This document shows, piece by piece, positions 31,321 through 40,779 of a stretch of 64,000 bases of DNA. The stretch comes from Gammaproteobacteria bacterium (GTDB lineage: Bacteria; Pseudomonadota; Gammaproteobacteria; Eutrophobiales; Eutrophobiaceae). The translations under genes and the position numbers were made by a program. Where the stretch lies: positions 4,192,001 through 4,256,000 of the forward strand of contig OZ220696.1 in NCBI GenBank assembly GCA_965116495.1, given 5' to 3'. The notes under the pieces are model-generated. The model was not told the origin of the DNA and searched no databases. It was given only the letters and a program-made list of their open reading frames with translations. Within the stretch, counting starts at the first letter, position 1, and every line of letters begins with the position of its first letter.

Positions 31321-33693
31321 AGTACTGCTGCACGTTACGTTCTCCCTGGCCTTGAAGAACTGCTGTCATGCCCCGATCAGGATATCGGGGAGCTTATGGC
31401 ACACGCGGCCGCACTGCGCGACCAGGGTCACGGCCGGGTTATCTCCTATTCCCCCAAGGTATTCATCCCGCTGACGAAACTGTGCCGAGACGTGTGCTAT
31501 TACTGCACCTTCGCGCAACCGCCGCGGGCCGGGCAACGGGCCTATCTCAGTGAGGGAGAGGTGCTGGCCATAGCCAAGGCCGGCGCGGATGCGGGCTGCC
31601 ATGAGGCTCTGTTCACCCTGGGCGACAAGCCCGAATTACGCTATAAGGCTGCCCGCAATGAACTGCGGGAACTCGGCCATTCCTCCACCCTGTCGTACCT
31701 GCGCGAGATGGCGCAGCGGGTGCTGGACGAGACCGGCCTCCTGCCCCACATGAACCCCGGCGTGATGAGCGGCGCCGAGCTTGAGGAACTACGCACGGTT
31801 TCGGTGTCCCAGGGATTGATGCTGGAAAGCAGTTCGCCGCGGCTATGCCGGAAAGGCGGTCCCCACTACGGGTCGCCGGATAAAAAGCCGCAGGTGCGCC
31901 TGGACAGCATCGGCGCGGCAGGGGAGGCGCAGGTGCCGTTTACCTCTGGCATCCTGATAGGCATAGGCGAGACCCGCCGCGAGCGCCTCGACGCCCTGCT
32001 GTCCCTGAGGGAATTACATGAAACCCACGGGCACATACAGGAAATCATCATCCAGAACTTCCGGCGCAAACCCGGCACCAAAATGCATGACGCCCCGGAA
32101 CCCACCCTGGACGAATTACTGTGGACCATCGCCATGGCCCGCATCATTTTCGGTCCCGGCATGAATATACAGGCGCCGCCGAACCTGACGCCCGACGCGC
32201 TGCCGGACATCATCCAAGCGGGCATTAACGACTGGGGCGGCGTCTCACCCGTGACGCCGGACCACGTCAACCCGGAAGCGGCCTGGCCGCACCTGGAAAA
32301 GCTCAGGGAGGCAACGGAGTCAACCGGCAAAGCGTTGGTGCCGCGCCTGCCGGTCTACCCGGGCTACATAAAGGCGCTGGACACCTGGATCGATCCGGCC
32401 CTGCACACCCGGGTATTACGAAAAACGGATGCCGCCGGGTTTGCCCGCCCCGATGACTGGGCGCCGGGCACCCACCAACCCGTACCGGCACAACGAAATG
32501 GGGCGCATCACGATAAAGGCGCACTCACCCACGTCATCGACAAGGCACTAGCCGGCAAGCGCCTGACAGAAACCGAGATCGCAGGGCTGTTCAACGCACG
32601 CGCGGCCGATGATGTCCAGGTCCTCCAGGCCGCCGACGAACTGCGCCGCGAGGTCAACGGCGATACGGTCACTTACGTCGTCAACCGGAACATCAACTAC
32701 ACCAATATCTGCTATTTCGGCTGCGGTTTCTGCGCCTTTTCTAAGGGGCGCGTGGCCGAGAACCTGCGCGAGCGCGGCTATAACCTCCCCCTGGCAGAAA
32801 TCCAGGGGCGCGTCGCCGAGGCCTGGCAAAAAGGCGCGACCGAGGTCTGCCTGCAAGGGGGCATACACCCGGATTACACCGGCGAGACCTATCTTGCCAT
32901 CGTCAAGGCCGTCAAGCAGACCCAGCCGGACATCCACGTACATGCGTTTTCACCGCTGGAAATCCGGCAGGGGGCGAACACCCTGGGTATGCCGCTACGA
33001 GACTACTTGGCAGAACTGAAGCAAGCCGGCCTGGGTACCCTGCCGGGCACCGCGGCGGAAATTCTCGATGACGAGGTGCGCGACATTTTGTGCCCGGACA
33101 AGCTCAATACGGCACAGTGGCTGGAGGTCATGAGGACCGCCCACTCGCTGGGTCTTAAGTCCACCGCCACCATCATGTTTGGTCACGTGGACGGACCGCT
33201 GAACTGGGCGCGTCACCTGCTGCGTATCCGCGACCTGCAGGTGGAGACGGGCGGGTTTACCGAATTCGTGCCGCTTCCCTTCGTGCACATGGAAGCGCCC
33301 ATCTACCGCAGGGGCCGGGCGCGCCAGGGTCCCACGTTCCGGGAAGCCCTGTTGATGCACGCCGTTGCCAGGCTGGTCCTGCACCCGCATATCACCAACA
33401 TACAGGCCTCCTGGGTAAAACTGGGCATGGACGGGATGAAGGCCTGCCTGGATGCGGGCGTCAACGACCTGGGCGGTACCCTGATGAACGAGAGCATCAG
33501 CCGCGCGGCCGGGGCCTCCCATGGCCAGGAGTTCACCGTCGCCAACATGCGCCGCCTGATTTCGTCTGCGGGCAGGGTGCCCCAGCAGCGTACGACCCGC
33601 TATGAACTGGTTGATGAGAGTGACGATTACCTTCACCTGACCAGCCTGCGCCAAGGCCCGGATGCTGCGGCCCGCGCCGCCGGCCATGGTTGA
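31258..33693 (+). CDS. fbiC: bifunctional FO synthase (CofG-CofH fusion)
   Basis: Two radical SAM motifs (CRDVCYYC, CYFGCGFC), DWGGVSP, NDLGGTLMNESI; GTG at 31258 taken as likely start. Confidence 0.93.
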   Translation: MSGRPSFEHLSPVIPAQAEIQSTAARYVLPGLEELLSCPDQDIGELMAHAAALRDQGHGRVISYSPKVFIPLTKLCRDVCYYCTFAQPPRAGQRAYLSEGEVLAIAKAGADAGCHEALFTLGDKPELRYKAARNELRELGHSSTLSYLREMAQRVLDETGLLPHMNPGVMSGAELEELRTVSVSQGLMLESSSPRLCRKGGPHYGSPDKKPQVRLDSIGAAGEAQVPFTSGILIGIGETRRERLDALLSLRELHETHGHIQEIIIQNFRRKPGTKMHDAPEPTLDELLWTIAMARIIFGPGMNIQAPPNLTPDALPDIIQAGINDWGGVSPVTPDHVNPEAAWPHLEKLREATESTGKALVPRLPVYPGYIKALDTWIDPALHTRVLRKTDAAGFARPDDWAPGTHQPVPAQRNGAHHDKGALTHVIDKALAGKRLTETEIAGLFNARAADDVQVLQAADELRREVNGDTVTYVVNRNINYTNICYFGCGFCAFSKGRVAENLRERGYNLPLAEIQGRVAEAWQKGATEVCLQGGIHPDYTGETYLAIVKAVKQTQPDIHVHAFSPLEIRQGANTLGMPLRDYLAELKQAGLGTLPGTAAEILDDEVRDILCPDKLNTAQWLEVMRTAHSLGLKSTATIMFGHVDGPLNWARHLLRIRDLQVETGGFTEFVPLPFVHMEAPIYRRGRARQGPTFREALLMHAVARLVLHPHITNIQASWVKLGMDGMKACLDAGVNDLGGTLMNESISRAAGASHGQEFTVANMRRLISSAGRVPQQRTTRYELVDESDDYLHLTSLRQGPDAAARAAGHG

Positions 33694-33735
33694 GCGATGA
33701 CGATCAGCAAGTTTCCAGCATGAATTGCCCGGTGC

Positions 33736-34353
33736 CTACAACACAAAGGATATATTCCCCTGCGCCTGGTCCGCATCGATCAGGTTGACCTGCTTGACTT
33801 CTATTAGCCAGTTCCCGCCGTCCCGGCGTTGCAGCACGTAACCGCCCATACAGGCAAGCGTGCCGTGGTCGCCTTTGCGGTAGGTATGGATGGTCAGGTT
33901 CGTACGCACGCGCAGTTCGGCCTCACCGGCAGCCCAGATTTCGATGTTGCTCAGGCAGTGTCGGGTACGGGTGGGCGGTAACTGCGAAAAAGCGAAGCCG
34001 GTGCGAAACCGGGCGATCTTGTCCTCCAGCCGGCGCCGGTCCTGTATCTCCCAGGTGATCGTGCGTCCCGGATTGTGGGGCGCTGGCTCACTGGGGATCC
34101 AGTAAACGCATTGTTCCTGGAACAGGTCGAGCCACTCCTCGAACCGGCCGTCGTCCAGCAGGCGGCACTCGCGGTTGAGCAGGGCGGTAATTTCGAGGTA
34201 GAGATCAGGCGCAATGGGTGGTCCCGGGTCGGTCCACTCTTTTGCTATTTTGTACAGGCGCCGGTAGTAGTCATTATCGACATAGGTGGAGGGACCCGGC
34301 TCCTGTTGCAGTAACTCCTTATTTGTCACATCAGTCCTCCAGATGCTGGTCAC
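33736..34353 (-). CDS. ring-hydroxylating oxygenase beta subunit
   Basis: RECRLLDDGRFEEWLDLF, YWIP, SQLPPTRTRH; real start may be GTG near 34329. Confidence 0.88.
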   Translation of the reverse strand: MTSIWRTDVTNKELLQQEPGPSTYVDNDYYRRLYKIAKEWTDPGPPIAPDLYLEITALLNRECRLLDDGRFEEWLDLFQEQCVYWIPSEPAPHNPGRTITWEIQDRRRLEDKIARFRTGFAFSQLPPTRTRHCLSNIEIWAAGEAELRVRTNLTIHTYRKGDHGTLACMGGYVLQRRDGGNWLIEVKQVNLIDADQAQGNISFVL

Positions 34354-35656
34354 TGCCAGCGTCCAGGCTCATCAGGCGTTTCCATTCCTTGTAAAAGGTG
34401 CGCACGGTGATATCGCTGGTCACCGGCGCCCTGGTGCCGTCAATGTCAACCACTTCCCGCTCGCTGTGCAGGTGCCGGCTGCAATCCACCCATTCGGCCT
34501 CGGGGATACCGAGGCCGGCCTGGCAGGATTCGAAGTTCTCGACGTCATCCACTTCGCCGAACATGGGAAAATCCTCCTGGGTGCGCATACGCATCGCGTT
34601 CACCTCGTCCGGCAGGTTGGAGACGGTGGTGGCAAACCAGTAGAGATCGGTCTCGGCCACGCCCAGCGGGTCGATCAACTGTACCTGGTTGCCGATCAAT
34701 AACAGGTTCGGGAAAACAGTTAAGTTCATGCCGGCGCCCACCGCCAGTTCGAGCAGTCTATTTGCTTCATCATCACCGTATTTTTCCGGCAGGGACTGTT
34801 CCAGGTGCTCCCGCCCCGGCTGCGGGCGCTGCAATTCCCAGGCAGATACCGCGTGCATCTCCGGGCGCTGGTCCAGGTAGTAGTGCCCGTTCCGGAATGC
34901 CTTCACAAACATATTACTTGCGTCCGGATCAGCCGCAAAATACTGCATGTCCTTGTCTCCATAGCGGGATGCCGCCATCATCAGCAGAGAGCGGTGGGAA
35001 TAAGCCGGATGGTACCCGTCCCCCTGGTTGTCGGTGACGAATTTCCAGTTGGCGGCAATGCGATAGCGCTGGGTGCCGCTTACCTCTACCGCGCCCTCTC
35101 CGTAGCGGTCCAGCCACTCGTCAATAACTTGCTTACTGCCGGCAAGGTAGTCCTCGAGAGGTGCCTGTTCGGGATTGAGGCAACCGAAAATAAAACCACG
35201 GTATGAACTGACCCGCGGCACTGTCAACAGGTCGAATTTACCGCTTTCCCGGTCGGCATCGTAGGCATAGTCCAGGGGTACGGACACGGAACGGCCCGCC
35301 AGGTCATAGGACCATGAGTGATAGGGGCAGACAAATACTTTGGATTTTCCCTTATCTTCACGGCAGACCTTTGCGCCGCGGTGCGCGCAGCGGTTAAAGA
35401 GTACGTGGATACCGGCATCAGCATCACGGGTAATGATCACCGGGCGGCCGCCAAGATGGCGGGTGACAAAGTCACCTGCCGAGGGAATCTCACTCTCGTG
35501 ACCGACGAACACCCAGGTCCTGGCAAAGACGTTGCGCATCTCGCGCCGGAACAGCGATTCATTCGTATAAACCGAACGGTGGATGCGGTCTTCCTGGATG
35601 AAATAGTCCCAGTCAGCAGTAGAATCAGTAACATCCATTGAAGAAAACCTGTGCAT
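34331..35656 (-). CDS. ring-hydroxylating oxygenase alpha subunit (Rieske)
   Basis: NRCAHRG...CPYHSW, NWK...DGYHPAYSH, DDVENF. Confidence 0.92.
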   Translation of the reverse strand: MHRFSSMDVTDSTADWDYFIQEDRIHRSVYTNESLFRREMRNVFARTWVFVGHESEIPSAGDFVTRHLGGRPVIITRDADAGIHVLFNRCAHRGAKVCREDKGKSKVFVCPYHSWSYDLAGRSVSVPLDYAYDADRESGKFDLLTVPRVSSYRGFIFGCLNPEQAPLEDYLAGSKQVIDEWLDRYGEGAVEVSGTQRYRIAANWKFVTDNQGDGYHPAYSHRSLLMMAASRYGDKDMQYFAADPDASNMFVKAFRNGHYYLDQRPEMHAVSAWELQRPQPGREHLEQSLPEKYGDDEANRLLELAVGAGMNLTVFPNLLLIGNQVQLIDPLGVAETDLYWFATTVSNLPDEVNAMRMRTQEDFPMFGEVDDVENFESCQAGLGIPEAEWVDCSRHLHSEREVVDIDGTRAPVTSDITVRTFYKEWKRLMSLDAGSDQHLED

Positions 35657-35778
35657 GAAAGGGTATCGAAAACAGGCGGAAAGTCATGGGTACAACGTAG
35701 CATAATCAGGGGGAAAGGTCACGGTATAGGGCGGGGTGGGTGGGCGCCGGTATCGGGTTGCAGTGAATAGACAGATTA

Positions 35779-35855
35779 ATCACCACATATTATGCGGTGA
35801 TATCTTGTTCTTACCCTGAATAGCGATTATAATCACTGTAAATTATGCGGTGATT
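35779..35855. promoter_or_regulatory. two related imperfect palindromes upstream of the Fic gene
   Basis: ATCACCACATATTATGCGGTGAT (35779-35801) and AATCACTGTAAATTATGCGGTGATT (35831-35855). Confidence 0.6.
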
Positions 35856-35858
35856 AGT

Positions 35859-36980
35859 ATGTGGATACACGAACATCAGACTTGGCCGGACTTTACCTGG
35901 AATATTGAAACGCTTGCTTCCGGGCTGGCCGATTTGCGCCATCGCCAGGGCCGTTTACTTGGACGCATGGAAGGGCTTGGCTTTGAGTTAAAGCAGGAAG
36001 CTACACTCAGTGTGCTGACCAGCGATGTGGTTAAGTCCTCGGCGATTGAAGGGGAGAACCTGGATCCTGTAGAGGTGCGCTCATCTATTGCCCGTCGCCT
36101 GGGTATTGATACAGGCGGGCTCATTCCCGCCGGGCGCGATGTGGAAGGCATTGTCCAAATGATGCTCGATGCGACACAGGGCTTTTCCAGGTTACTGACC
36201 AGGGAACGTCTGTTTGACTGGCATGCTGCACTGTTTCCAACCGGCCGCAGCGCCATGCGGCGCATTATCGTGGGTAGCTGGCGTACTGCTGATGCCGGCC
36301 CCATGCAGGTTGTTTCCGGTCATATAGGCCGCGAGAAAGTGCATTTTGAAGCGCCGGGCGCTGAGCAACTCGAAGCTGAAATGGTTGCTTTCCTGGCATG
36401 GTTTGAGAAACAAGGCGATATTGACCCGGTTCTCAAGGCAGGTATCTCCCACCTGTGGTTTGTCACCATCCATCCCTTTGAGGATGGTAATGGCCGTATC
36501 GGCAGGGCAATCGCCGACATGGTGCTGGCGCGCGCCGACAACTCACCGGATCGTTTCTACAGCCTTTCCACGCAGTTTGAGGCCGAGCGGAAAGATTATT
36601 ACGCGCAACTGGAAAGACAGCAACGCAGTGCGCCGGAGATCACCGGCTGGCTCGAGTGGTTCCTGGGGTGTCTCGGACGGGCCATAACCAGTGCGGAACA
36701 AACGCTGGATAATGTCTTGTTCAAAGCGCTGCTATGGGACAGGATCAACCGAAACCCCGTCAACGAACGGCAACGCCTCGTCATCAACCGCATGCTGAAA
36801 GATGGCTTTGAAGGCTACATGAACACATCCAAATATGCCAGGATGGTCAAGTGCTCGAACGATACGGCGCTGCGGGATATCCAGGATTTGAAGATGCGCC
36901 GGATTTTTGTACAGAACCCCGGGGGCGGCCGCAGCACCAGTTACCGGTTGCCGGACAGGGACGAAGTCGGCCCTGATTAA
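35859..36980 (+). CDS. Fic family protein (DUF4172-Fic-HTH)
   Basis: HPFEDGNGRIGR motif, SSAIEGE inhibitory motif, C-terminal DTALRDI HTH. Confidence 0.92.
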   Translation: MWIHEHQTWPDFTWNIETLASGLADLRHRQGRLLGRMEGLGFELKQEATLSVLTSDVVKSSAIEGENLDPVEVRSSIARRLGIDTGGLIPAGRDVEGIVQMMLDATQGFSRLLTRERLFDWHAALFPTGRSAMRRIIVGSWRTADAGPMQVVSGHIGREKVHFEAPGAEQLEAEMVAFLAWFEKQGDIDPVLKAGISHLWFVTIHPFEDGNGRIGRAIADMVLARADNSPDRFYSLSTQFEAERKDYYAQLERQQRSAPEITGWLEWFLGCLGRAITSAEQTLDNVLFKALLWDRINRNPVNERQRLVINRMLKDGFEGYMNTSKYARMVKCSNDTALRDIQDLKMRRIFVQNPGGGRSTSYRLPDRDEVGPD

Positions 36981-37030
36981 CTCGTTCACGATAAAGATTT
37001 CAAGCAGCTTTCCATAACGGTAGCTGCCGG
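36969..37030. repeat. 62-bp copy of an internal segment of the AAA ATPase gene (41065-41126)
   Basis: Direct repeat with 2 mismatches. Confidence 0.85.
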
Positions 37031-37207
37031 AGGAGATATACGAGATCCGGTCGGCGATGGATATTCGCCCTGGTAGGGCTTAACCCGACATCGGCCCCTC
37101 CGGAGACTCCCTCCCCACAGCCTGAACCACCTGCCGATCAGGAATTATTTGATTGCAATGCAATCATCATTTATCATTCCGGATATTTCAAAGACAGGGG
37201 CAATGTC

Positions 37208-37453
37208 ATGGCAAGCATCACAATTCGTAACCTGGATGACAGCGTAAAGACACGTCTCAGGATTCTCGCAGCCGGACACGGACGCTCCATGGAAGAGGAA
37301 GTCCGCCTGATACTGGCCGGAGCGGTCGAGCAGGATTTGTCGCCTGCGAAAGGATTAGGGACGGCGCTGCATGAACTCTTCAAACCTCTCGGCGGCGTCG
37401 AACTGAAGTTACCCCCTCGCGAGCCGATGCGGGAACCGCCGCCGTTCGAGTAA
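37208..37453 (+). CDS. FitA-like ribbon-helix-helix antitoxin
   Basis: MASITIRNLDD...HGRSMEEEVRLIL. Confidence 0.9.
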   Translation: MASITIRNLDDSVKTRLRILAAGHGRSMEEEVRLILAGAVEQDLSPAKGLGTALHELFKPLGGVELKLPPREPMREPPPFE

Positions 37454-37460
37454 TCCGGCA

Positions 37461-37883
37461 TTGTTCATTCTCGATACCAACATCGTCTCGGAGGTGATGC
37501 GCAATGTCCCGAGTCCGGAAGTTATGGACTGGCTGGATGAGCGTCCCAAACGCGACTTTTACGTTACCGCCGTTACACAGGCAGAGATTCTTACCGGTAT
37601 AGCATTCCTGCCCGAGGGCAGGAGGCGAAGCGAACTTGTCAAGGCAGCCGAGTATGCTTTTAACAACCTGTTTAGTGGACGAGCGCTCACTTTTGACAGT
37701 GCGGCGGCACATGCTTATGCGGAAATCGCTTCGGCGCGTCGCAGCGCCGGAAAACCGATATCCCAGTTCGACGGGCAGATTGCCGCCATGGCGCGGTCGA
37801 GAAGTTTGACTGTCGCAACGCGGAATGTGGCGGACTACGAAGGTTGCGGCATCACTGTTACCAACCCATGGAGTGACAGATGA
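37461..37883 (+). CDS. VapC/FitB PIN-domain toxin
   Basis: ILDTNIVSE, DGQIAA, ATRN, NPW. Confidence 0.92.
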   Translation: MFILDTNIVSEVMRNVPSPEVMDWLDERPKRDFYVTAVTQAEILTGIAFLPEGRRRSELVKAAEYAFNNLFSGRALTFDSAAAHAYAEIASARRSAGKPISQFDGQIAAMARSRSLTVATRNVADYEGCGITVTNPWSDR

Positions 37884-37923
37884 GCCTATTGTTTCCTGAG
37901 CAGGATTATGAGCGAGTTCTTAA

Positions 37924-37973
37924 GGAGGCGCCATGACCGAACTCTACATTGACGATTGCATCAACGAGACCTG
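37924..37973 (+). pseudogene. 5' fragment of the repeated YHS-like gene (copy 1)
   Basis: GGAGGCGCCATGACCGA...GATTGCATCAACGAGACCTG, near-identical to the starts at 42979, 49117 and 60297. Confidence 0.85.
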
Positions 37974-38008
37974 AATGTCCCAATTCCTGAAGAACCTGCC
38001 CGTGGGTA

Positions 38009-38309
38009 GCTGGAACAAGGAAATTCAGGGGATAGCAAACACATCAGGGATCGGTTATTTGAGTTACGTTTATTTTTTGGACCTGGCTATCGAGTCTACT
38101 TCGGCAAAGATGGTGATACAGTTATCGTATTACTGGCCTCCCTGCGCGTCATAGCCAAAGTAAAAGGAATTTCAGCGCTTGCCATAGAGACTGGCATGTC
38201 CAGGCAGGGATTACAGAAAGCGATTTCAAGCAGGGGAAACCCGCGGCTGGATAACATCAATGCGATCATCCGCGCCCTGGGTTATCGTCTGACGCCGGTG
38301 AGAATATAA
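38009..38309 (+). pseudogene. collapsed addiction module: RelE-like killer fragment fused in frame to HTH antidote C-terminus
   Basis: LEQGNSGDSK...ELRLFFGPGYRVYF...VIVLL joined to ASLRVIAKVKGISALAIETGMSRQGLQKAISSRGNPRLDNI; no start codon. Confidence 0.75.
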
Positions 38310-38463
38310 ATCCCGGCCAGTCCAGGCTGAGTTAACGCCTGGCGGCAGAAAATGCGTCCAGGATGTATACCATGAAAAAGACATACCATAAATCGACTGA
38401 ACGCCAACCTTCTGATACGCTAAGGATTAATCACATGCAGACAAATACCGAAGGGGGCTTAGT

Positions 38464-39705
38464 ATGGCAAAACATGTTGTTATTGCAGGTGGGGGCACCG
38501 CCGGCATTACGGTCGCCGCGAGCCTGGCGCGCCAGGTAAAAAACAGTGAAGTAGATATTACCGTAATCGAACCGTCCGCCGATCATTACTATCAGCCCGC
38601 CTTTACACTGGTTGGCGCGGGGACATACAGCCTTGAAAAAACCCGGAGAGACGTAAAGAAACTGATCCCGCCAAAGGTAAACTGGATGAGGGATTCGGTA
38701 ACCGGATTTGACGCGGAAAATAACACAGTTAAGGTCGGATCAGGGGCAACTGTCAGTTACGACTACCTGGTTGTATGTCCTGGTCTCGAATTAAACTGGG
38801 AAAAAATTCAAGGCGCGGAAGACGCATTGGGACAGAACGGCGTATCCAGCAACTACTCGCCTGCGCATGCGGAATACACCTGGGAGGGGATCAAAAACCT
38901 CAAACCGGGTGCAAAGGCCTTGTTCACCCAGGCCCCCCTGCCGTTTAAATGCCCTGGCGCACCGCAGAAAATTGCCTATTTGGCGGCGGACCATTTACGC
39001 AACAAGGGGATATTGAAGGATTGCGAATTACACTTTCTGACCCACGCCCCGGGGATGTTTGCCGTACCCCTGTTTGCTGCGGAACTGAAGGACGTGGCAG
39101 CGCGTTATGGTATCCATGTTCACTTTCAACATAACTTGGTCGCAGTGGATGGGGAACACAAAAACGCCACGTTCGAGGTAGCAGGAGGTGACCAGAAAGG
39201 CAAATCAGTCACTATGGATTTTGACATTCTTCACATGACCCCGCCGCAATCGCCGCCGGAGGTGATAAAGACGAGCGTGCTGGCGAATGAGGGTGGGTTT
39301 GTCGACCTGAATCAAAACACCATGCAACATACCAGGTTTGCCAATGTATTTGGCCTTGGTGACGCAGGTTCTACCCCGAATTCGAAAACCGCTGCGGCAG
39401 TTCGTAAACAGGCCCCTATCGTGGTGAAAAACCTCTTGACACTCATCAATGGCGGCGAACTGGACACAGGTTACGACGGTTATGCGTCCTGTCCCTTAAC
39501 CACGGCATACGGGAAAGTGATCATGGCTGAATTTTGTTACGGGGGAAAAGTCACACCGACGTTCCCGCTGGACCCGCGCAAGGAGCGCTGGAGTTACTGG
39601 TGGATCAAAACAACCGGCCTGCCGGTATTCTACTGGAATTATATGCTGAAGGGCTATGAGTGGTTTTTAAAGCACGATACAGATTTCGTTGAACCGGCAA
39701 CTTGA
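38464..39705 (+). CDS. sqr: sulfide:quinone oxidoreductase (type II-like)
   Basis: GGGTAG, HYYQP, KCPGAPQK, NSKTAAAVRKQ, YDGYASCPL, AEF. Confidence 0.85.
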   Translation: MAKHVVIAGGGTAGITVAASLARQVKNSEVDITVIEPSADHYYQPAFTLVGAGTYSLEKTRRDVKKLIPPKVNWMRDSVTGFDAENNTVKVGSGATVSYDYLVVCPGLELNWEKIQGAEDALGQNGVSSNYSPAHAEYTWEGIKNLKPGAKALFTQAPLPFKCPGAPQKIAYLAADHLRNKGILKDCELHFLTHAPGMFAVPLFAAELKDVAARYGIHVHFQHNLVAVDGEHKNATFEVAGGDQKGKSVTMDFDILHMTPPQSPPEVIKTSVLANEGGFVDLNQNTMQHTRFANVFGLGDAGSTPNSKTAAAVRKQAPIVVKNLLTLINGGELDTGYDGYASCPLTTAYGKVIMAEFCYGGKVTPTFPLDPRKERWSYWWIKTTGLPVFYWNYMLKGYEWFLKHDTDFVEPAT

Positions 39706-40018
39706 GCAGGATTTCCGCCGGATGAACCGTGATTGACACAAGCGGTGAGTCAAGAGTCCTTGGGATCGGACCAGTCCAGTTTTCCGGACAGACACATCCT
39801 CTACGCTGGCTTGCTCCGGGAGCATAAAGCTACCTGCGCGCGACGCTCCGGGCTCAGCACACTGACTATGTCAGGTTCAGTTGCCTGCTGCATATTTCGT
39901 TGACAGGCAGGCAAAAGCCATAATAATTAATTTAATTACGTTGATTAAGTTTCAGGCTTCAAAATGAAGTTATTCCTTGGTCTTCATAAGAAATCAATCA
40001 TATTTTTGAGGATAAATA

Positions 40019-40270
40019 ATGGAAACCTACAGTTCAACCGATGCCAAACGGGAGTTTGGCGAAGTGCTTACCAAATCACAACGAGGGCCGGTGAGTGTCA
40101 CTCGTAATGGCAAACCTATCGCGGTGGTCCTATCCAACGTTGATTATGAAGAAATGAAGTTACAGGCATTGCGAGCCAAACTCATCAGGGGACAAAACAG
40201 CCCCGTCGTGGAAAACTGGAACACAGACGAGTTTTTAGCCAGGGCAAGAAAACGCGTCAGTGAGCAGTAA
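40019..40270 (+). CDS. Phd/YefM antitoxin
   Basis: STDAKREFGEVL...PVSVTRNGKP. Confidence 0.88.
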   Translation: METYSSTDAKREFGEVLTKSQRGPVSVTRNGKPIAVVLSNVDYEEMKLQALRAKLIRGQNSPVVENWNTDEFLARARKRVSEQ

Positions 40271-40571
40271 ACGCAACTTCCAGGTACGCCAGACTGCGGA
40301 TGACGATCTACTCGACATATTCGTCTACGGATGTGAAAAATTCGGTATAGATACTGCCGAAGCTTATATTTACGTGTTGGAAGCCGGCTTCCAGCGGCTC
40401 ACTGAACACCCGAAACTTGGCCGGTCAATTGATCAAACCATAGCGGGCATTCGAGCTCTACCTGCTGTTTCGCATGTAATCTACTACCAGGTAACAGATA
40501 CCACCATCGATATTATCCGTATCCTGCATAAGTCCATGCTTGCTGAACGACATTTCACCGCCGGGTCCTAG
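40260..40571 (+). CDS. ParE-family toxin
   Basis: ADDDLLDIF...FG...HPKLGR...HVIYY...IIRILH. Confidence 0.88.
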   Translation: MSSKRNFQVRQTADDDLLDIFVYGCEKFGIDTAEAYIYVLEAGFQRLTEHPKLGRSIDQTIAGIRALPAVSHVIYYQVTDTTIDIIRILHKSMLAERHFTAGS

Positions 40572-40643
40572 GGAGGCGCCATGACCGACTTCAACAAAGA
40601 GTCAGAAGACTCTGGAAAAAGACTTGAATCTTGCAATGTCCCG
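40572..40643 (+). pseudogene. chimeric scar: YHS-like gene start (copy 2) fused to 48 bp of the RelE toxin gene
   Basis: GGAGGCGCCATGACCGACTTCAAC then 40596-40643, identical to 63425-63472. Confidence 0.85.
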
Positions 40644-40779
40644 AGCCGTTTGGCCGCGTTTGGGGTCGGACCAGTCGAGACTGACATAACCAGCTGAATA
40701 ATAAAAGAATAAATAAAGTAAGACGTGTACTTTAACGCTTAGAGCACAGTTTTTAGAGGCAAAACCAGGGTTTTCGGTA

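Noticed and set aside
36969-40643. Short gene fragments next to a repeated sequence as CRISPR-like spacers
   Set aside because: No regular repeat-spacer periodicity and no cas genes; better explained as deletion scars
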